The notes beneath the pieces were generated by a model that saw only the letters and a list, made by a program, of their open reading frames with translations, made no database searches and was not told the origin of the DNA. A stretch of 59,743 nt of DNA, counting the filler, from Nitrospinae bacterium RIFCSPLOWO2_12_FULL_45_22 (GTDB taxonomy: Bacteria > 2-12-FULL-45-22): assembly GCA_001803565.1 (NCBI GenBank). It is 3 parts of 3 records of this genome, joined end to end, with 100 filler letters (N's around TTAATTAATTAA, not from the genome) between each part and the next. Parts side by side here need not be neighbours in the genome. Positions count along the whole stretch, not along the records: positions 23,554 to 48,643 come from MHDQ01000136.1; 2 more parts are not named here. One strand, given 5' to 3'. The position numbers were made by a program, and so were the translations under genes. Shown here piece after piece: positions 31,696 to 41,509 of this stretch (position 1 is the first letter of the stretch; the number at the start of each line of letters is the position of its first letter).

Positions 31696-31768
31696 GGGCC
31701 CATAGCTCAACTGGCAGAGCCACCGGCTCATAACCGGAAGGTTCCTGGTTCGAACCCAGGTGGGCCCA
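31696..31768 (+). tRNA. tRNA with CAT anticodon, probably tRNA-Ile2 (lysidine type)
   Basis: GGGCCCA acceptor stem, ACCGG-CTCATAA-CCGGA anticodon arm, GGTTCGAAC T-loop; lacks initiator features; CCA not encoded. Confidence 0.9.
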
Positions 31769-31776
31769 CTATCTCT

Positions 31777-32502
31777 TTGGATCAGGTAGTAATCTTGAAT
31801 AGGCAACTAGAACTATTAACGAAGCTACAGACCATAGATTTAAAGATAGATCAGCTTGAGGAGAAAAAAAAGCAGATCCCTAACGAACTTAATAAGCTGA
31901 GTGGAGGACTGGAAGCCTTTGCTAAACAACTGGAGGCACTAAGAAGGCGTATTGACGAGATCAACAAGCTGAGGCGGAAAAAGGAGGGAGAGCTAGAGCT
32001 AGAAAGGGGTATACAGAAAAAGGCCCAAGAAAAATTAAGGGAGGTTAAAACTAATAAAGAATATAGCGCTATGCTAAAAGAAATGGAACTCCATAAGGGC
32101 AAGATATCGGCCTTAGAAGACGAAATACTGAATTATATGGTAATGTTAGACGAAGAGAATGAAAAACTTAAGGGAAAGGAAAGGGAATTTCAAGAGGAGC
32201 AAGCTACGACTCTTAAAGAAAAAGAAAAAAAACAGGCCCAAATAGCCCAGATAGATGGCCTGCTATTAGAGAAAGCTAAAGCCAGAGATGAGATAATTGC
32301 TGGTTTAGAAGAGCGCCCTTATCAGAGCTATGTAAGATTGAGGGAGGGGAGGAATGGGATAGCCGTAGCCAATGTGATAAAGGGCATCTGCCAGGGATGT
32401 TATATGATGCTACCTCCCCAAACTTTTAACGAGGTAAAGAAGAACAATCAAATAATTAATTGTGGCCATTGTAACCGGATCCTTTTTTGGGCCAACTCCT
32501 AG
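31777..32502 (+). CDS. Coiled-coil protein with C-terminal C4 zinc ribbon (DUF164/CT398 family)
   Basis: LQTIDLKID N-terminus, long coiled coil, CQGC...CGHCNRIL. Confidence 0.9.
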   Translation: MDQVVILNRQLELLTKLQTIDLKIDQLEEKKKQIPNELNKLSGGLEAFAKQLEALRRRIDEINKLRRKKEGELELERGIQKKAQEKLREVKTNKEYSAMLKEMELHKGKISALEDEILNYMVMLDEENEKLKGKEREFQEEQATTLKEKEKKQAQIAQIDGLLLEKAKARDEIIAGLEERPYQSYVRLREGRNGIAVANVIKGICQGCYMMLPPQTFNEVKKNNQIINCGHCNRILFWANS

Positions 32503-32532
32503 AAAACTAAACCCTTTAGGGTTGCCCTCTTC

Positions 32533-32556
32533 TTAGCCACAGAGCTCTGTGGTTAA
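32533..32556. repeat. Minimal collapsed palindrome of the CCACAGAG shell family
   Basis: TTAGCCACAGAG|CTCTGTGGTTAA with no interior. Confidence 0.65.
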
Positions 32557-32565
32557 ATAAGCGTA

Positions 32566-32976
32566 ATGATGGGAAAGATAAAAATCTTTATTGATGGGGC
32601 TTGCCGGGGTAATCCTGGCGATGCCGCGGCTGGCATTATCGTGTGTGATGCTAAAGGTAAAGTCATTCATCAGGTGGGATATTACCTGGGCCGGGCCACA
32701 AACAATGTGGCAGAATATATGGGGCTTATTAAGGCATTAGAAAAAGCCCGGGAATTAGGGTTTAAAGATATAGAGGTTTTTTCTGATTCCCAACTGATAA
32801 CCAGGCAAATCCGGGGAGAGTATACCGTCCGTAACCAACAATTAAAGGAGCTGTTTAAGAAGGCCCGGGAATTAATGGAAGGATTCTCCTCCTTTTCTTT
32901 AGATTATATTCCCCGGGAAGAGAACGTTTTAGCCGATAGAATAGCCAACTCCACCTTAGATAAGGCATCAGAGTAA
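32566..32976 (+). CDS. rnhA: Ribonuclease HI family protein
   Basis: DGACRGNPG, TNNVAEY, SDSQL, PREENVLADRIAN. Confidence 0.9.
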   Translation: MMGKIKIFIDGACRGNPGDAAAGIIVCDAKGKVIHQVGYYLGRATNNVAEYMGLIKALEKARELGFKDIEVFSDSQLITRQIRGEYTVRNQQLKELFKKARELMEGFSSFSLDYIPREENVLADRIANSTLDKASE

Positions 32977-33408
32977 ATCAGATGGTCGCTGGTATGGGGC
33001 TGGTAGGCATACCAGAGGAAAGTCCGGGCTCCGCAGAGCAAGGTGCTGGATAACGTCCAGTGGGGGTGACCCCAAGGAAAGTGCCACAGAAAACATACCG
33101 CCTGTGCATGATGGTGCGAGGAAATTATTTCCTCGGAGGTTTTATCCTCAGCAGGTAAGGGTGAAAAGGCGAGGTAAGAGCTCACCAGTTGTCCGGGTGA
33201 CCGGGCAGGCTAGGTAAACCCCACCTGGAGCAAGACCAAATAGGAAAGCGATTAAGGTAAGTATAAAAAGATTACCTTAGAGAGGGCTGCTCGCCCAAGC
33301 TTTCGGGTAGGTCGCTTGAGGCATTGGGTAACCAATGTCCCAGAGAAATGACCATCACCACGAGGTAGCTGGTGGGACAGAATCCGGCTTATGGTTTACT
33401 CTGGTGCC
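32964..33408 (+). ncRNA. rnpB: RNase P RNA, bacterial type A
   Basis: GAGGAAAGTCCGGGCTC, GGAAAGTGCCACAGAAA, GGTAAACCCC, ACAGAATCCGGCTTA; terminal pairing GGCATCAGAGTAAATCA / TGGTTTACTCTGGTGCC. Confidence 0.97.
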
Positions 33409-33410
33409 GG

Positions 33411-33764
33411 TCAAGTCTTAATTATCCTATTATTTGCGTCTACCAATATTGCCTTTGGTTTGAGGTTAAGAGCTTCTTGTTCATTCATGATGCCATAGGA
33501 AGCGATAATTATCAAGTCTCCTACAGCGACACAACGGGCGGCGGCGCCATTGAGGCAAATAGTACCTGAGCCTCGCTCACCATCAAACACATAGGTCTCA
33601 AACCTCTGGCCATTATTAATATTATAAATTTGCACCTGCTCATAAGGGAGGATACCAGCGGCCTCCAACAACTCTACATCAATAGTGATACTGCCCTCAT
33701 AGTTCAGATTGGCATCGGTTACTTTCGCCCGGTGAATCTTGGATTTGAACATAATCCGTTGCAT
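33411..33764 (-). CDS. panD: Aspartate 1-decarboxylase
   Basis: [18 protein letters not shown] self-cleavage site, NGAAAR; ATG at 33764. Confidence 0.97.
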   Translation of the reverse strand: MQRIMFKSKIHRAKVTDANLNYEGSITIDVELLEAAGILPYEQVQIYNINNGQRFETYVFDGERGSGTICLNGAAARCVAVGDLIIIASYGIMNEQEALNLKPKAILVDANNRIIKT

Positions 33765-33804
33765 CTTCCCTCTCTCCTTCCTTATCTTTATTGAATTATA
33801 TTTA

Positions 33805-33958
33805 AGACGCAAATTTCCGCAGATTCATGCAGATAACTAGAATTCAGTAGTCAGGAGTCAGAATGCAGAAGAGAAGTTGTTTATCCCGTTCATACTGACT
33901 TCTGAATTCTGACTCCTGTATTCCCAAGCAGGATAATCTGCGTTCATCTGCGCCAAAA
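33805..33958. repeat. Composite nested palindromic element, copy B (inverted relative to 25907-26057)
   Basis: Reverse complement aligns end to end with copy A, including the unique loop GAACGGGA(C/T)AAACAACTTCTCTTCTGC. Confidence 0.85.
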
Positions 33959-33975
33959 AGAAAGCCCTATACTAC

Positions 33976-34827
33976 TTAATTATTGACTTTAACCAGCCGG
34001 TTATCTAATAACCGTGCTGGCCCTATTTTTACCGCCAGGGCAATTAATGCCTGGGAATCTATAGATTCGAGATCTCCCAAGGTCTCCGGATGGCAGACAG
34101 CCACATAGTCTATCTTGGCCCCTGGTTCTTTTTCTATGACCTTAGAGATTTCATTAATAATAGATTGGGGGCTTTTTTCTCCCCCCCTTATCAATTCTTC
34201 TGCCTTTGCCAGAGACCGGGATAGGCACAGGGCTGAGAGCCGCTCCTGGGGACTCAGATAGGCATTCCGGGAACTCATAGCCAGCCCATCCGATTCTCTG
34301 ACTGTTGGACACCCGATTATTTGAAGGTCCAGGTTTAGGTCTGAGACCATTTTTTTAATCACTACCAATTGCTGATAATCCTTCTCGCCAAAATAGGCCC
34401 TATGGGGTTGAACCAGATTAAATAGCTTTAAAACCACCGTCGTAACGCCCCGGAAATGACCCGGTCGAGAGCGGCCACAGAGCTTTTCTGTTAGCCCTTC
34501 TACGTTTACATAGGTGGCATAGCCGGCAGGATACATTTCTGCTACCTCAGGCAGAAAAGCAATATCAGTGCCTGCTTCCGAGGCCTTTGCCAAATCCCCT
34601 TCGGTATCCCTGGGATATTTCTCATAATCTTCTCCTGCACCAAACTGGGCAGGATTAACGAAGATACTCAGCACTACTATATCGTTTTCTTCCCTGGCCC
34701 TCCGCAACAGGGTCAGGTGCCCCTCATGTAAATAGCCCATAGTAGGTACAAAGCCAATCGCTTTTCCTTCTTGCCGAAGGAACCCAGACCGGGCCTGCAT
34801 CACTCGTAAATCTTTAATAATCTCCAT
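33976..34827 (-). CDS. panC: Pantoate-beta-alanine ligase
   Basis: FVPTMGYLHEGH, RPGHFRGV, FGEKDYQQ, GLAMSSRN. Confidence 0.98.
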   Translation of the reverse strand: MEIIKDLRVMQARSGFLRQEGKAIGFVPTMGYLHEGHLTLLRRAREENDIVVLSIFVNPAQFGAGEDYEKYPRDTEGDLAKASEAGTDIAFLPEVAEMYPAGYATYVNVEGLTEKLCGRSRPGHFRGVTTVVLKLFNLVQPHRAYFGEKDYQQLVVIKKMVSDLNLDLQIIGCPTVRESDGLAMSSRNAYLSPQERLSALCLSRSLAKAEELIRGGEKSPQSIINEISKVIEKEPGAKIDYVAVCHPETLGDLESIDSQALIALAVKIGPARLLDNRLVKVNN

Positions 34828-34852
34828 ACCTGACCCCTGTATTATTATAAAT

Positions 34853-34993
34853 GCAAGCGTTCAGCCCTCAGCAATCAGCGATCAGTAACCGGGGTTAGGG
34901 ATCAGGGGTCAGCTTTCTGATCTATCTACCCTAATCTCTGATCCATGACCTCTGGTTCATCTGAAAGCTGACAACTGATCACTGAACGCTTAC
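34853..34993. mobile_element. MITE-like element (GTAAGCGTTCAG-type ends) with heptamer repeats and nested hairpin
   Basis: GCAAGCGTTCAG...CTGAACGCTTAC; flanks TTATAAAT / TTACAAAA may be a decayed 8-bp duplication. Confidence 0.7.
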
Positions 34994-35797
34994 TTACAAA
35001 AAGCTGTATTGCTCGGTAGGGAACAATCCCTTTTCTACCTCTTCTTTATATGAGCTTATGGCCTGGTGGATAATACCGCGTAGATCGGCATAGCGCTTCA
35101 CAAATTTGGGCACGAACTCCTGATAAAGTCCCAAGAGATCATAAGTAACTAAAACCTGGCCATCACACTGGGGCCCGGCCCCAATCCCAATAGTGGGGAT
35201 CTTTAATTTCTCCGTTATCTGCTGCCCTAATTTTAGGGGCACCCCTTCCAGGACGATAGCGAAAGCCCCGGCCTCTTCAACGGCCTGGGCATCGGCCAGG
35301 ACCCTTTTAGCTGCCGCTTCTTCCTTTCCCTGTACCTTGTAACCGCCAAAGGAATGGACTGATTGGGGTGTCAACCCTACATGCCCCATTACCGGTATAC
35401 CGCATTGGACAATAGCTTTTATCTGTTCCTTAACCGGGATTCCACCCTCCAGCTTCACCCCTTCAGCCCCCCCTTCTTGTATGAACCGGCCAGCATTACG
35501 GACCGCCTCTGGTACTGAAATCTGATAGGACATGAAAGGCATATCAGCTATTAATAACGAGCGCGAACAACCCCGTGCCACGGCTTTAGTATGATGGATC
35601 ATATCATCCATAGTGACTGGAATAGTATTAGGGTAGCCCAAAATGACATTACCCAAAGAATCCCCTACCAGGATAATATCAATCCCAGCCTGGTCCAAAA
35701 TCCTGGCCATAGGGAAATCATAAGCCGTTAGCATAGTGATCTTTTCTTTAGCCTTTTTCTTTTGGATAGTTGTTACCGTTACTTTGTCAGTTGCCAT
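34994..35797 (-). CDS. panB: 3-methyl-2-oxobutanoate hydroxymethyltransferase
   Basis: [38 protein letters not shown]. Confidence 0.98.
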   Translation of the reverse strand: MATDKVTVTTIQKKKAKEKITMLTAYDFPMARILDQAGIDIILVGDSLGNVILGYPNTIPVTMDDMIHHTKAVARGCSRSLLIADMPFMSYQISVPEAVRNAGRFIQEGGAEGVKLEGGIPVKEQIKAIVQCGIPVMGHVGLTPQSVHSFGGYKVQGKEEAAAKRVLADAQAVEEAGAFAIVLEGVPLKLGQQITEKLKIPTIGIGAGPQCDGQVLVTYDLLGLYQEFVPKFVKRYADLRGIIHQAISSYKEEVEKGLFPTEQYSFL

Positions 35798-35808
35798 TCT
35801 TTTTCCTC

Positions 35809-35849
35809 AAAATAAAAAAGCCTTCTGAACCAGAATCCAGAAGGCTTTT
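35809..35849 (-). terminator. Intrinsic terminator-like hairpin in panB leader
   Basis: Minus strand AAAAGCCTTCTG-GATTCTGGTT-CAGAAGGCTTTTTTATTTT immediately before the panB RBS. Confidence 0.75.
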
Positions 35850-35957
35850 CACTATTGGTTAGCAATACCCCAAACCGGCTGAATCATTTAACAGTTTGAA
35901 TCTGGAATAACTCCAATTTTCAACTGCTCAAACCGATCAATGGTATAACTCATTTTC

Positions 35958-36000
35958 CCTTCCGTCTCGGTCCAGTTTTCCTTTTGGATCCAAGCGTCTA
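35958..36000 (-). ncRNA. pan RNA motif-like leader hairpin
   Basis: Minus strand GACGCTTGGATCC-AAAAGGAAAACT-GGACCGAGACG, a stem with bulged adenosines upstream of panB. Confidence 0.65.
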
Positions 36001-36032
36001 TCTTTCCCACCCTTACCGGTGGGTCTGTCTAG

Positions 36033-36542
36033 TTAAGGGTTAATTATTTGTACTATTTGGTCTTCTCTTAATCCCTCCAAAAGCTCTTTTATAGGTTTTT
36101 TTAAGACAGGATGGACAAACTCAGGGGCTATCTCTCCTAATGGCGCCAGGACAAATTTTCTATCCTGCAAGCAGGGATGGGGTATGATCAAATCTTCTTC
36201 TTTAAGAATCAAATCGCCATAAAATAAGATATCCAGGTCTATCGGCCTGGGCCCCCACCGTACCCCGTCTTTTCTACCCAGGGATATCTCTATCTCCCGC
36301 AAAAAATTCCATAACTCCCTGGGTACTAAACAACTCCTCACTTTCACTACACCATTTATAAACCAACGCTGTTTAGTATAACCAATTGGTTCAGTTTTGT
36401 AAAGAGAAGATTTTTTTTGCAGCAAAACTTTTTTATCCTGACTTAATCTATCCAGGGCCTTTTGGCAATTCAGGATAGGATCACCTTCATTCGACCCAAA
36501 TCCCAGATATATATCAGCAAAAGGTAAAGATTCCATAAACAT
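36033..36542 (-). CDS. folK: 2-amino-4-hydroxy-6-hydroxymethyldihydropteridine diphosphokinase
   Basis: YLGFGSN, SSLYKTEP, WGPRPIDLDIL, PHP...RKFVLAPL. Confidence 0.96.
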   Translation of the reverse strand: MFMESLPFADIYLGFGSNEGDPILNCQKALDRLSQDKKVLLQKKSSLYKTEPIGYTKQRWFINGVVKVRSCLVPRELWNFLREIEISLGRKDGVRWGPRPIDLDILFYGDLILKEEDLIIPHPCLQDRKFVLAPLGEIAPEFVHPVLKKPIKELLEGLREDQIVQIINP

Positions 36543-36587
36543 TTTTTAGACTTAAATCTACATTTCACTGACTATTAACCTTATCTG

Positions 36588-37412
36588 TTATCTGCCCCAG
36601 TCCCTTGGGTAGCGGAAGTCTCGGTCAATGGTCCTTTCTGAGACCTTGGCGATAATGGGCAGCCGGCGTTTGAACTGAGAGTTCTGTATCTTCTGATAAA
36701 CTGAGTGGACAAAATCGGCGGGATAGCCCTTCTCAATCAGATCCGCACAGGAATACCTCTTGTCTACCAGGTAGTAAAGGACTTTATCTACCTCATCATA
36801 GGTAAATCCCAGTTCTTCTTCATCGGACTGCCCTAGCCACAGATCAGCACTGGGTTTCTTGTCTATGATTACTTGTGGTACTCCTAAGTGATGGGCCAGG
36901 AGGCGTACCTGAGTTTTGTATAAGTCACCAATGGGGTTGAGGGCTGAGGCCATGTCACCAAACAATGTCCCATAACCCAGGAGCAGCTCAGTCTTATTGC
37001 TGGTACCCAGGACCAGGGCATTTTCGGCGGCCGATTGATCATAGAGAATGGTCATCCGTTCCCGGGCCATCTTATTGCCCCGTCTGATATGGTCTACCTC
37101 GGGAAAGGTCTGGAAATAGGCATCAATCATAGGAGTAATATCAACGGTTAGAGACCTTATCCTTAACTCCTTCACTACTAGCTCAGCATGGCGGAGGCTC
37201 TCGGGATTGCTGGTCTTATACGGCATCATCACCCCCAATATATTCTCTTTGCCTAAGGCTAGTGCCGCAAGATAGGCACAGAGGCTCGAGTCTACCCCAC
37301 CAGACAAGCCCAGCACCACCTTATTAAAACCCATCTTACCTACTTCATTCTGGATAAAGCCTACCAGCAACTGTTTCAGAATCTCTAAGTTAACGCTAAA
37401 TCCTACCACCAT
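36588..37412 (-). CDS. nadE: NAD+ synthetase (synthetase subunit)
   Basis: [40 protein letters not shown]. Confidence 0.96.
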   Translation of the reverse strand: MVVGFSVNLEILKQLLVGFIQNEVGKMGFNKVVLGLSGGVDSSLCAYLAALALGKENILGVMMPYKTSNPESLRHAELVVKELRIRSLTVDITPMIDAYFQTFPEVDHIRRGNKMARERMTILYDQSAAENALVLGTSNKTELLLGYGTLFGDMASALNPIGDLYKTQVRLLAHHLGVPQVIIDKKPSADLWLGQSDEEELGFTYDEVDKVLYYLVDKRYSCADLIEKGYPADFVHSVYQKIQNSQFKRRLPIIAKVSERTIDRDFRYPRDWGR

Positions 37413-37517
37413 ATTGTAGCAACCCCTTTGCTCCGGTTAAGTTCATCTTAACAGGAATTTTGTTTATAGCCTTTTTAAGTCTGCAAAGAGACATTAAATT
37501 TTCCCTGTGGAAAAATT

Positions 37518-37589
37518 TAAACAGGGATAGACAGGATGAACAGGATGCCCTATTTGCTTTTATCTTGTCTATCCTGTCTATCCCTGTTT
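37518..37589. repeat. 9-mer tandem palindromic element
   Basis: AAACAGGGATAGACAGGATGAACAGGATG / TATCTTGTCTATCCTGTCTATCCCTGTTT. Confidence 0.8.
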
Positions 37590-37667
37590 GGCGATCCCTT
37601 GCACGGTTACGATAAAGATTTGGGTAATAACTTTTGTCTCTCAATTTTGCTCAAACAAAATCCCTGC

Positions 37668-38519
37668 TCACGCAAACTTTTTTTGGTGGATACGAAGGAG
37701 TTCCCTTAGGGTAAGGTCCAGGTCCTCATCCCGTAATAAGGTAGTAGATATACGGGTTCGCCTAATATCGTTAGTATCTATCTCTCCCACGACCAGTTCT
37801 TCCTGAAAATAACGGCCTTTGGCTACCTGCTGGCCTTCGGGGGTAATAATCTCCGAGCCACCCCAGAAATTTATCCCGTCTTCGTACCCTACCCGGTTGG
37901 CAAAAAAGATAAATTGGCTAAAGAGTTTGGCATAAGTCTTGTTCAAAGTCTCCCAGGTATCAGAAATAACTAACTTTTCCCCCAGGTCTACCCCCCGGCC
38001 CGGGCTGCTGGATAGTACCAGCAGAAAGTCTGCCCCATCCTGGAAAGCAATATAGGCGGTAGAGGGATGCCATAGGTCCTCACAGATAAGGAGGGCGGCC
38101 CGGCCAAACTTGGAATCAAAAGCCCTTACCATCTTTCCCCGGGCAAAATAGCGTTGCTCATCAAACATCCCATAAGTAGGCAGATAGACCTTCCGGTGGA
38201 TATGCCTGACCTCCCCATCCTCTAGATAGATACCAGCATTATAAAAGAGGTGCTCTTTAGACTCCTCTACAAAACCGGTAGCAATAGGTATCTCCCGGCT
38301 CATATCCTTAAGCCTTGTTAAGATAGCCGATTCTTCCCTCAGGGCCACTTCGGGCACCATATCCCGCAAAAAATATCCGGTCAGCCCCAGTTCAGGGAAT
38401 ATCAATAGGTCTACTGCCTGGGCCTTTGCCAGGGTAAAAAGCTCCTCATATATAGCTATATTCCGGGACAAATTTCCTAAAGCAGGATTTATCTGCCCTA
38501 AGCCAACCTTCAGGATCAT
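37668..38519 (-). CDS. Nitrilase-family amidohydrolase, probable glutaminase subunit of NAD synthetase
   Basis: Catalytic E-K-C in FPEL, HRKVYLPTYGMFDEQRYF, ICEDLW; directly upstream of nadE. Confidence 0.88.
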   Translation of the reverse strand: MILKVGLGQINPALGNLSRNIAIYEELFTLAKAQAVDLLIFPELGLTGYFLRDMVPEVALREESAILTRLKDMSREIPIATGFVEESKEHLFYNAGIYLEDGEVRHIHRKVYLPTYGMFDEQRYFARGKMVRAFDSKFGRAALLICEDLWHPSTAYIAFQDGADFLLVLSSSPGRGVDLGEKLVISDTWETLNKTYAKLFSQFIFFANRVGYEDGINFWGGSEIITPEGQQVAKGRYFQEELVVGEIDTNDIRRTRISTTLLRDEDLDLTLRELLRIHQKKFA

Positions 38520-38526
38520 AAATAAC

Positions 38527-38712
38527 TCATCTCCGGACTAAATAAATAAGGAAAAGCCCCAGCATCATCAAGGTGAACCCGAAAACCCGTAAGGTAGAAT
38601 CGGCTGTATCTGGCAGCCTACGGGCTACTTCCTTAACCTTATTTGGGAAACAAAAATAGGGAAACCCTTCTATGATTAGCACCAAACCCAGTACTGAAAG
38701 GAAATATATCAT
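38527..38712 (-). CDS. DUF2065 (YjeT-like) small membrane protein
   Basis: LGLVLIIEG...P...LRVFG pattern; start placed at ATG 38712, outside the upstream repeat. Confidence 0.8.
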   Translation of the reverse strand: MIYFLSVLGLVLIIEGFPYFCFPNKVKEVARRLPDTADSTLRVFGFTLMMLGLFLIYLVRR

Positions 38713-38731
38713 ATATTCATTTAGGTTTGTT

Positions 38732-38865
38732 ACCACAAAGACACAAAGGTAATTTGAGTCATTAGGTTACTAGGTAATTGAGTTATTAGGTAATTGAATC
38801 ACCTAATGACCCAATGACCTGATTACCTTTTACCTCTCTCTTCGTGGTCTTTGTGACTTTGTGGT
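38732..38865. repeat. Nested palindromic element (9-mer shell, 8-mer interior)
   Basis: ACCACAAAGACACAAAG...CTTTGTGACTTTGTGGT enclosing TAGGTAAT/TGAGTCAT units and their complements. Confidence 0.8.
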
Positions 38866-39058
38866 TCATATACCATGAAAATACAAAATTTAGAAGACAC
38901 GAAAAGGTTTAAGCGTTATTATAGGACTTGAAGGCCTGGTCAGCAATATTTTTTTAGACTTTTTGCTTGCTTAATAATCTACCAATTAGTAGAATCTATC
39001 ATAATCATCTGATTCATGAGGGAAACACATCTTAGAGAAAGGGAGGAGGATTACAGCA

Positions 39059-41212
39059 ATGGGTAAAGGAGCTTTGACCAGGAGCTTAGAGCCGCTTATG
39101 CGGCCTAAATCTATCGCTATTTTTGGTGTGTCGGGCGATCTAACCAGGTTTGGTGGTATGCCCCTCAGGCACTTAATCAACCACCAATACCCCGGCAAAA
39201 TATTTCCCATCAATGCAAAATATGATGAAATAGCAGGCTATAAATGCTATCCGGATATTCTTGCTATACCCGAGAGTGAAGAGATTGATCTGGCATTGGT
39301 AGTAGTACCAGCAAAAACTGTGTATGAAACCCTAAAGAGATGTATCCAACGGGGGGTTAAGGCGGCTATTGTTTTTAGTAGCGGTTTTGCAGAAATCGGT
39401 GGAGAAGGTATTGAAATGCAGCGGCAGATCAGGGAGCTGGTGTGGGACAACCATTTTCTACTTTGCGGGCCCAATACGGATGGTATAGGTAATCCTCATG
39501 AGCGGATACCATTGGGCTTTGCCACCAGCATGGAACTACTGCCCCCGGGCAATATTGGGTTAGTAACCCATAGTGGTGCGGTGATGAACAGTATTGTTTA
39601 CCGTTGCTGGGACCGGGGTATGGGTTTTACTTACCACATCTGTGCCGGGAATGAGGCACATTTAGAATCTTCTGACTATATTGAATTTATGCTGGACGAC
39701 CCCAGGACCAAAGTTATACTTGCTTTCATTGAAGGTTTTAAGGATGCCAGAAAATTTCTGGCGGTAGCAGATTATGCCCTGGAAAAACATAAACCTATCA
39801 TCGTCCTGAAAGTGGGTAAATCAGAAAAAGGCTCAAAGGCCGCAGCTTCCCATACCGGTGCCTTAGCCGGATCGGACAAAGTATATAATGCTGTCTTTAA
39901 GCAGAAGGGTGTTATCCGGGCAGACGATTTTGATGACTTAGCAGCTACGGCCTTATTGTTCCAGAAATGTCCCCTGCCCAAAGGGACTGGGGTAGGGATC
40001 ATTTCTGTCTCTGGTGGGGCTATGGGTGTGATGGCGGATAAGGCGGCTGAGCTGGGGGTAGAGTTGCCCGATCTAGCTCTTCATACCCAGAAGGAGTTAC
40101 AGAGACTCTTCCATTGGGCCAAACCCGTTAACCCTTTTGATCTGACCGGGCAGATGGCCAGCGATCCCAGTCTATTGCCCAAGGTCTTGAAACTATTTTT
40201 AGAAGATGAGAACGTTGCTTTCCTGGTGGTTACTGTAACGCCTTTCCCCAGCTTTTTTGATGAAAAATTCTTTGTAGAGATTGTAGAAGCTGCCAGGAAT
40301 AGCCCAAAACCCGTAGCAGTTTGCACTATAAGGGGATTCCTCCGGGAACAGTATGCCAGGGTCTTAACCCAGGCCGATATACCAATCCTTTATACCCCAG
40401 ACGAGTGCTTCAGGGCGATAAAGGCCCTAATAGATTATAGTCAATTCCAGGAAAGATACCGTACTCGCGAGCAAAATTCCAGGGGATTAGAGCCCCCAAT
40501 TAGTAACCCAGAGCTAGAGAAAATGAGGAGGGAACTGATGTCAACCACCAGGGTTCTTACTGAGAGGCAGAGCAAGGCCATCCTGTCCCGCTATGGCATA
40601 CCAGTTACTAAAGAAGCACTGGCCAGGACGACCGACGAGGCTATGGCGCGAGCCAATGATATAGGCTACCCCGTTGCTATCAAGATTGAATCACCCCAGA
40701 TCACTCATAAGAGCGATGCTGGTGGCATAAGGCTTAATATCCAGACGGCTGAAGAGTTAGCAAGCGCCTTTGCTGAGGTGATAATGAATGCCAGGAAATA
40801 TAATCCCGAGGCGGAAATAGCGGGTGTATTAGTCCAGGAGATGGTTGCCGATGGTCTGGAGGTAATTATTGGTATCAGCCGCGACCCACAGTTTGGCCTT
40901 ACGATAATGTTTGGCCTGGGTGGTATCTTTGTAGAGGTATTAGAAGATGTCTCACTGCGGCTATTACCCATAACCAGACGGGATGCCGAGGAGATGATTA
41001 AAGAAATAAAAGGGTATAAGGTCTTGCAAGGCGTACGGGGTCAGCCCCCCCGTGACCTTGATGCCCTGGTAGATACCCTGCTTAAAGTTTCCAGGGTAGC
41101 TGAGGACCTGGATGATCAGATATCTGAAATGGATCTGAACCCCATAATGGTCTTTGAGACCGCTAAGGGTATTAAGGTAGTAGACTCATTGATGATATTA
41201 AACCAGGGATAA
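39059..41212 (+). CDS. ADP-forming acyl-CoA synthetase (acetate--CoA ligase family, alpha-beta fusion)
   Basis: PKSIAIFG CoA-binding domain, GPN, ASHTGALAG phospho-His, ATP-grasp HKSDAGG, EMDLNP. Confidence 0.92.
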   Translation: MGKGALTRSLEPLMRPKSIAIFGVSGDLTRFGGMPLRHLINHQYPGKIFPINAKYDEIAGYKCYPDILAIPESEEIDLALVVVPAKTVYETLKRCIQRGVKAAIVFSSGFAEIGGEGIEMQRQIRELVWDNHFLLCGPNTDGIGNPHERIPLGFATSMELLPPGNIGLVTHSGAVMNSIVYRCWDRGMGFTYHICAGNEAHLESSDYIEFMLDDPRTKVILAFIEGFKDARKFLAVADYALEKHKPIIVLKVGKSEKGSKAAASHTGALAGSDKVYNAVFKQKGVIRADDFDDLAATALLFQKCPLPKGTGVGIISVSGGAMGVMADKAAELGVELPDLALHTQKELQRLFHWAKPVNPFDLTGQMASDPSLLPKVLKLFLEDENVAFLVVTVTPFPSFFDEKFFVEIVEAARNSPKPVAVCTIRGFLREQYARVLTQADIPILYTPDECFRAIKALIDYSQFQERYRTREQNSRGLEPPISNPELEKMRRELMSTTRVLTERQSKAILSRYGIPVTKEALARTTDEAMARANDIGYPVAIKIESPQITHKSDAGGIRLNIQTAEELASAFAEVIMNARKYNPEAEIAGVLVQEMVADGLEVIIGISRDPQFGLTIMFGLGGIFVEVLEDVSLRLLPITRRDAEEMIKEIKGYKVLQGVRGQPPRDLDALVDTLLKVSRVAEDLDDQISEMDLNPIMVFETAKGIKVVDSLMILNQG

Positions 41213-41216
41213 CCCT

Positions 41217-41285
41217 TTCACCGCAGAGCGCGCAGAAATGAAAAGGAGGAAGTTTCCCCTCGTCATCCGCGTACTCTGTGGTAAA
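41217..41285. repeat. CCGCAGAG-family palindromic element
   Basis: TTCACCGCAGAGCGCGCAGA...TCCGCGTACTCTGTGGTAAA. Confidence 0.65.
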
Positions 41286-41291
41286 ATATAA

Positions 41292-41462
41292 GTAACAGTT
41301 TATGGGGTTCAGTTAACCGGGTTAAAAATAGCGCAAAGAGTAGAACCAAGGTAATTATTCCTTAGCTTTGCACTTTTAGCTTTGAGTTTTACGCTTTCAT
41401 TATTGATGTCTTAGAAGAAAAGTTTGCCTGACAACTGATCACTGACCCCGGTGACCTGTTAC
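41292..41462. mobile_element. MITE-like element (GTAACAGTT ends) with nested heptamer hairpin
   Basis: GTAACAGTTTATGGGGTTCAGT...ACTGACCCCGGTGACCTGTTAC; ends homologous to 54117-54275; interior homologous to the innermost layer of 23657-23841. Confidence 0.75.
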
Positions 41463-41509
41463 GGTATGGCTGGCAGAAAAAATAGACAGAAGGGAGGTGC
41501 TATCAGTAA

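Noticed and set aside
32904-33569. ORFs 32904-33185 and 33372-33569
   Set aside because: Overlap RNase P RNA and the antisense strand of panD
37396-37644. 82-aa ORF between the amidohydrolase and nadE
   Set aside because: Its DRQTGIDRIDKI segment is simply the translated 9-mer repeat
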